Part shown: positions 57,565-64,000 of the stretch, piece after piece | Layout of the letters: the number at the start of each line of letters is the position of its first letter | How positions within the stretch are numbered: the stretch's first letter is position 1 | Source of the DNA: the human T2T-CHM13v2.0 reference genome, Homo sapiens | Strand: one strand, 5' to 3' | DNA: 64,000 bases | NCBI RefSeq assembly: GCF_009914755.1 | Contig: NC_060938.1 | Made by a program: the position numbers and the translations under genes | Notes under the pieces: generated by a model | What the model was told of the DNA's origin: nothing | Databases searched by the model: none | The model's input: the letters and a program-made list of their open reading frames with translations, nothing else

Positions 57565-59361
57565 GCTTCTAAGTTAAAACCTAGAAATAAGTCTGTATGT
57601 GTTGCCTCTCTCAGGGCATGTGTATATTAATAGACTGCAGGTGCATCATCTGCAGGAAACAAATTCCTGAGGATGGAATTTCAGATTTCAGAGGCAGGAC
57701 AATGTGAGAAATATTTAGAGGTAGCTCTTGACTCATGCTTAAAAGGCAACCACCTAATCGTATAATTCCTCAAGACTAACACTGTGTGTCAAGACTTTGA
57801 AAAAGGAAGAGTAATAAACCCCAAATTGCACATCCTTCAGGAAAACCCTGAAGTGGCAATTAGGAAAAAAATAGGAAAAAAACTGGATGAGAAGTCAAGA
57901 AAATATTTGTGTGATGTTTCACTTTATGGGAAAACGAAGTATTAAAGTGTAGATAATATTAGAACTGAAAAAATCCCTTGAAATCAACTGTTTTCACCTC
58001 CCTCATTTTACAGAGGAAGACAATGAAGTCTAAAGACTCACTCAAGATTACACCATGAATCTGTGTCAGTACCAGATTTAGAATTCAGGTCTCTGTGACT
58101 CCCAGTCCAATGCCACTTCTAGTACACTTCATTAGTATCCAATTTCATGGATGGCCACTTGACACCTGTATCTGGTTAGATACCTAGAGGCTAGAAAAAT
58201 AATTTTCCAGTGCCTTTATCCATACATCATACATCATCAACTTTGAATTTTGAATTGTTTACACTTCAATTCATCCCTTTCTATTTATAGAGTTAAAAGA
58301 CAATCTCAAATCAATGTTGACAAAATTACCATCTGACAAAGACCAATCTAAAAGGAAAGACCCAGGGCTAGGTAGATTCTCTAAAATGCATGTGCAGATG
58401 TGATGGACACCTGGCTTGAGGATGTCAATTTGGAAACTATCCCATTAAAAATGAGAAACTATAGTGCAAATAATATGAAAATAAAATTAGTTCTTTCCAC
58501 ATAGCTGGGAGAAAAAAACAACCCACTGCATCAAACAGATTGATAACTCCCATCCTCCCCTTTGAACATTAGATCATGTCATCTTGCCTGGGAGAGCTCC
58601 AATTGCTGGAGATCTGTGGCTCCTCCAATCACTGGTTGCCAATTATCTCACAGCTGCTTCTCTTTCAAAGGAAACACCCAAAGCCCTGCTCTGTCCTTAC
58701 ATTAAATGAAGCACAAAGCACAATCCAATAGAGGGTCAAAAATGCCCTAAGGAAATAGTTCAAGCTTGGGATAACAAAGTCAGCATTAATATTCCCAGTC
58801 CCCCCATGTGGGCAAAACTCTTTAGATGAGATAGGAGAGCTGAACTATTGTCTGCAGTGTAGACTTAAAGCAATACAGGAATAGGATCAGCAAATCTACT
58901 TATTTACTCTTGACAATGGCCGGTGTCCTTGAAAGAAATCTCATTCATTCTCTGGTCCATCTCACTGCCTTGCTGACTTTGTTAGAAAATTCCTATATTT
59001 TATGGGGAATGTGTCCACCTTATAATACCTTCCCCCAGTTTCCCGTCATATAACTTGAAGACAAAAACTGTACCATCAGCTTGCTAGAGTTTAGTGAGGT
59101 TATTTGGAGTGGTTTTTGTTGTTATTTTAAGTAAAGCTTTCCACAGTTTTTATGATGAAAATATCTCAGTTTTGTTCTCTGATGGATTCTTCCATCTCTT
59201 TATCCCCTCTCAAAATATTGTAATTTCTGGATAAACCAACATAGACACCTGCTTCGAATCATAATCTATAGATAGTGTGACCAAATGTTCTAATTAGGCA
59301 ACCTGATTTTTTCACAGTCATAGTTTTCACGTCTTTTCATATCCATGCATACAAATTTTTA

Positions 59362-59483
59362 GGTAGGATGACTATATGCTTTATCCAAACAAAGATACTT
59401 GTTAAGTGCCAGGAGGTGATATGAATCATTCACTGGGACAACAGACATAAACTGGAGGGGTTCTGGGTGAATTAGAAATTTGG
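59362..59483. mobile_element. MER94-like hAT-Blackjack relic, interrupted near its end by an Alu
   Basis: 'ggatgactatatgctttatccaaac...ctgggacaacagacataaactgg'. Confidence 0.6.
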
Positions 59484-59741
<258 letters not shown>

Positions 59742-59960
59742 AAATTTAGTCAAGCTATCTATAGATCTTGATTTGAAGCTGATCTCTCTGTGTGTATATT
59801 AGAGAGAAGCTTTGCTCTTCTGATGCAATACATATTCCTTCCTCTCTTTTCTCTGAAGATTTGAAAACTCCACTACCATGGGAAAATATCATTCCCCCAT
59901 TTTCCTGCTGAAATCAACCTCGGAAGGTTAATAAGGGAAAGTTCTCTCCTATTTACTTTT

Positions 59961-60239
59961 TTTTTTTTTTTTTTAAGAGTCTTGCTCTGTTGCCCAAGCG
60001 CGACCTTGGCTCACTGTAGCCTCTGCCTCCCAGGTTCAACAAATTCTCCTGCCTCAGCCTCCCTAGTAGCTGGAATTATAGGCGTGTGACACCACACCTG
60101 GCTAATTTTTGTATTTTTTAGTAGAGATGGGGTTTCACCATATTGACCAGGCTGGTCTTGAGCTCCTGACCTCAGGTGATCTGCCCACCTCGGCCTTCCA
60201 AAGTGCTGGGATTACAGGCGTGAGCCACCACACCTGGCC
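59961..60239 (-). mobile_element. Alu (AluSx-like)
   Basis: TSD tctcctatttactttt at 59945-59960 and 60240-60255. Confidence 0.96.
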
Positions 60240-63200
60240 TCTCCTATTTACTTTTAAGTACAGCAAGTTTGGTGTCTCATCCAAAGACTTCACAAACTGT
60301 TGGGTAGCTCGTGATTTACAACACAGTCCTCCTAAGCCCATACGCTATGTGATGACTAAAGCAAAGAGACCAAGTCACTACTTGGTCTCCTTGTTTAATC
60401 AGTGAGGGCCTCTGCCTCTTGGATACTGCTTCTTCTCTTATTGAAAATAAGAGGAAATAAGAGGACAAAGCTGATACCAGTCAGCTGAGTGGCTGAGTCA
60501 GCCAAGAAGGGGTTGGCAGAAGAATCCTTTCAGCTCTGGTGCCCTGCCATTTGTTTGTGAAAGGTCGCTGGCTGTCATCTCCTCATTGAAATCAATGCAG
60601 ATGGTTTCACACAAATATTGACAAAATGAAATAGAACCAAATGGGAAGAAAAACCTTAAGGGATTTGAGGCATAAATAATCAATACTCTGTTAAAACCCT
60701 CCTTTTAAAATTGCATTAAGTGCAAAGAATAAAATGAATCAGGAAGAAACAGCACCAATTATCTTTCATTGAGTGCACCTGGAGCAAAAAAAGGTCTTGA
60801 CACGAAAAAATATATATAATTAAAATACCTTAACAATTCGAGCAGGAAAGCTTTGTTTAAAGAAGGTGATATTTTGTCCTAGTTGCTAGGGGTTTGCCAT
60901 CGGTCTTCATTTATATCAATTTTTATTTCTACAAATTCAAATCAAAGTCCAATTGCGTGAGTGACAAAAGGTCATGTCCTTTTTTCTGTCCATTTTTTAA
61001 AAAGTTTTAAAAGCAAAATATAAGGAGAGAAGCAGTTATTTTTAAAATTACTTCTTTTATAATACCCAACTAATCTTCACGGAAAATTCCAACATTTTTT
61101 GTTCTTATGGGAACAGTTGGTGATGTAGTGAAAAGAGCATGAGAGAGGTTCTGGTCCCTCTTTTGTCCCCCATTAACTAGGTTGTGGGGAGTGGGATGAT
61201 GAGAATAGTGGAGAGTGGTTAGTAAATTATGAAACATTAACCTCTCTGGGCTCAGCTTTCTCATCTGTAAAATAAGCAAGCATACTAGATGTCTTCGAGA
61301 ATACCTCCGGAACATGAAGCTACACATTTCATAAAAAAGCAAGCAGTATGCATGTTATTTCTCACACATCAAAAGTCAGCCCATAGTCAGTAAAAGTCAC
61401 CCTGTAGTTCATTGTCTCTGCATAGAGGGATTACTGGTTCTCTAAATTTGAAAGTTTAACCATCCAGGCTGACTTTTTTACAGCAAGTACATGGCAAGCA
61501 AGGCTTGGCCAGAAGTAAGTGGCCAGAAAGGCTGCATAGAGTCAGGCATTGTATGCACTTGCCTCCTGCTTGTACACAGCTATTAAATGGTTGTTGTCCC
61601 CTAATGAAGCCAGGTCCTCCATAAAGCCTCCCTCATGAGTAAACAACAAATAGCAGAGCTTTTTCTCTTAGCTGATGATATTTGTGATGTTAACTGAGAA
61701 ACTGGGTGCAGAAAGTTTGAGCCTGATTATTAATCACCGATTTTTCTTCTCTGACTTCAAAGTAAGAAAAGACACAGAAGAATGAGGGAGGATCAGCATG
61801 TCAGCTTTATTACTGGTAAAGTAATGGAGAAGACAGCTTGGATCTGCAGCCACAAATGAGCTTTGAATACCTTTCCCTGTGCACTGAATTACCAACCCCA
61901 AACTTCAGAAACACAGTATTCCAGGTGAGCATACAGCAAGAAAGTGGCAGAAAGGGTGCATCTGAAAGAGAGAAGAAGCTGAGGCCCCAGATTCACACTC
62001 ATTCCCTGATCTCACAACTTTGATAAGCCTCTCTTGGGGAGGAGTGAGTGAGGGTGGTAGAGGAAGAGAGAAGTTACCTTCCCATGATTTTTCCCTCTTG
62101 GAGTCAAATGTAAATTGACTTCTTGTAAATTCCCTGAGGATGTCTCTGTTTTGTTCACAGCTAAATCCCAAGTCTATAGATTTCAACAGATACCCACTAA
62201 AGAATGAATGAACAGAAACAGGAGAACTAGGGAATACAGTTTTCCCTAACAGTAAGAGGTTCTTTGAAATTATTTCTACAGCACAACTAGCTACCCATGG
62301 GTGTGTTGGTGCCTAAAAAGGGTAAGTAGTCAAGGCACCCAAGATACTCACAGGTCTTAGAGAGACTGTAGAGAGAAGCTCACTGGATTCCAAGGCATTA
62401 AAGTGGGTTCTTGTTCAGGATTAGGCAGAGGATGGCAAGTTACAAATCTTCTGAACTATAGTTTCATCATCTATAAAAATGGCCCCTTCTAATATTATTC
62501 TTTTTAGAGTCCAGATAACAAAGACTGAGAATAGGTGCTGGCAGAATAGCATATATTTCCTATCAGCTCTAAGGCCCAGATCCCCAAAAATTCAGATGTT
62601 GTTCTATTTGTTGTCATTGCCATTACTTTACCATACCCATATATCCTGTTTCTCCAGAGACATAAACCAACTGGACAAGTTCCTGTAAATTCACAATAAT
62701 TGCTAATTTATTCCTATGTTACAAATGCTTTGCACTAGTTTGTGGAAGAAAAAAATTCCAATTTAAAATTAGGATCTTGTTTTTGAAAGTAATGGTATTA
62801 AAGTCAATTCTTAATATCAAAAATGAATTTGAAAGTAAGTTTGGATTAAATCAGCAGTATTTGTACTTGGAATAGACATTGGGAACTATGACAGCATCTT
62901 TGCAAAGATCTAAATATTATTAAATTTCAATTTTGTTCTTTACTGCTTCTCTGAATTACAGACACGCTGAATACAGACCTCAATTTAAGCCTTCTCATTT
63001 TTCTTTTTAAAATTTCATACAAAATAGATATTCTCCAAGGAATGCTCAGCATATGCATTTTACCTTCTCTCTTAGTAATTTCACATGCAAAAAGATGGAC
63101 CATTTGCTAAGCTTGAAGAACATAATAATGAAACTACAAGTTAGAAGCAGGCATGGATCAGATGTATTTTACTTTCTAATGGCTGTTATAGCTATACAAA

Positions 63201-63392
63201 AAGGATAAGCCTACAGAGATGGTTTTTAAGGCTCATAGGGAATATAAACATATCGTGACAACCTCCAAGTCAATTTCTAAATAGGGTAGGAGCCATTCTG
63301 TGACTTTTGTGTCCCAGAAAATAACTCCCCTCAAAACATTCTGCAAAGACTGGCAGCGCCACTGGTTCAGATCTTCTTCCATTAAACTAGAC

Positions 63393-63625
63393 CAGTGGTT
63401 CTCAACCAGATTTTGAGATTTTGAGTCTCTCTCCCCCCAGGGAACTTTTGACAATGTCTGAGACAGGTTTGGTTGTCGCAGCCAGGAGAGACATCTATGT
63501 GCTATTGGCATCTAGTGGGTAGAGGGAGGTAGGCTGCTAAACATCCTACAATGCAAAGGACAATCCCCTACAATAAAGAATTATCTATCCCAAAATGTCA
63601 ATGCTTCCTTGGTTTGGAAAGTCTG
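63393..63625. mobile_element. MER20 (hAT-Charlie)
   Basis: 'cagtggttctcaacc...caatgtctgagaca...tggcatctagtgggtagag...gctgctaaacatcctacaatgca...aaagaattatct...caaaatgtcaat'. Confidence 0.88.
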
Positions 63626-63649
63626 CACTAGACTCAGTATTGGGAAGTC

Positions 63650-63960
63650 TTCTGGACTTGTGCTGTGGGATGACTAGGGGAGGAGTTGTAGGAGGGATAA
63701 GTATTCGGTTGAGCCTTAACAAAATGGGTAGGATTTGGGCCATGGAGGAGCATTCCAGGAGAGAATTTTAATGGACAAAAAGGGCTGTAAGCCAACACAT
63801 GCATGGAATGTTGAGGGAAAAATGATCAAGCCAGCTTATCCAAAAGGAGAGTCCATATTGGTGTATGATGAAATACACAGCAGTAAAGCAAGATTTGGGA
63901 GAACTTTACACATGTTACATTTAAAAAATTGAGCTTTAGCCTTACATTTAGCAGCAGGAA
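63650..63960 (-). mobile_element. Degenerate L2 fragment
   Basis: 'tgagccttaacaaaatgggtaggattt...gcattccagg'. Confidence 0.45.
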
Positions 63961-64000
63961 ATTAATAAATATTTTACCTGCTTTTTTTTTTTTTTTCTTT

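Overview
Primate (very likely human) genomic DNA, AT-rich and CpG-depleted, with no CpG island. It is dense in interspersed repeats: about 11 Alus, several L1 copies including a near full-length old L1MC with nested insertions, L2/MIR, MaLR LTRs (MLT1, MST, THE1), an ERV9-type LTR12 solo LTR, MER31, and DNA-transposon relics (MER3, MER5, MER20, MER94, MADE2, Tigger1). I cannot support any protein-coding gene. The listed ORFs are repeat-derived, low-complexity or short, so the window reads as intergenic or deep-intronic, possibly carrying lncRNA exons. The most unusual structure is a pair of 120-bp inverted repeats (117/120 identical; 56247-56366 and 57445-57564) that I do not recognise as any repeat family. 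They bracket a 1078-bp spacer, and each arm is itself a cascade of overlapping hairpins, suggesting a template-switch scar and a potentially invertible segment. Other items of note are a near-perfect MEIS-HOX composite site in repeat-free DNA, a CCAAT-array LTR12 promoter facing candidate minus-strand exons, an interrupted GGAA microsatellite, and several isolated perfect hairpins. Repeat subfamily names come from my recollection of consensus sequences, not a database search. Boundaries not anchored by a target-site duplication (TSD) are approximate. I see no evidence of a new multi-gene system.
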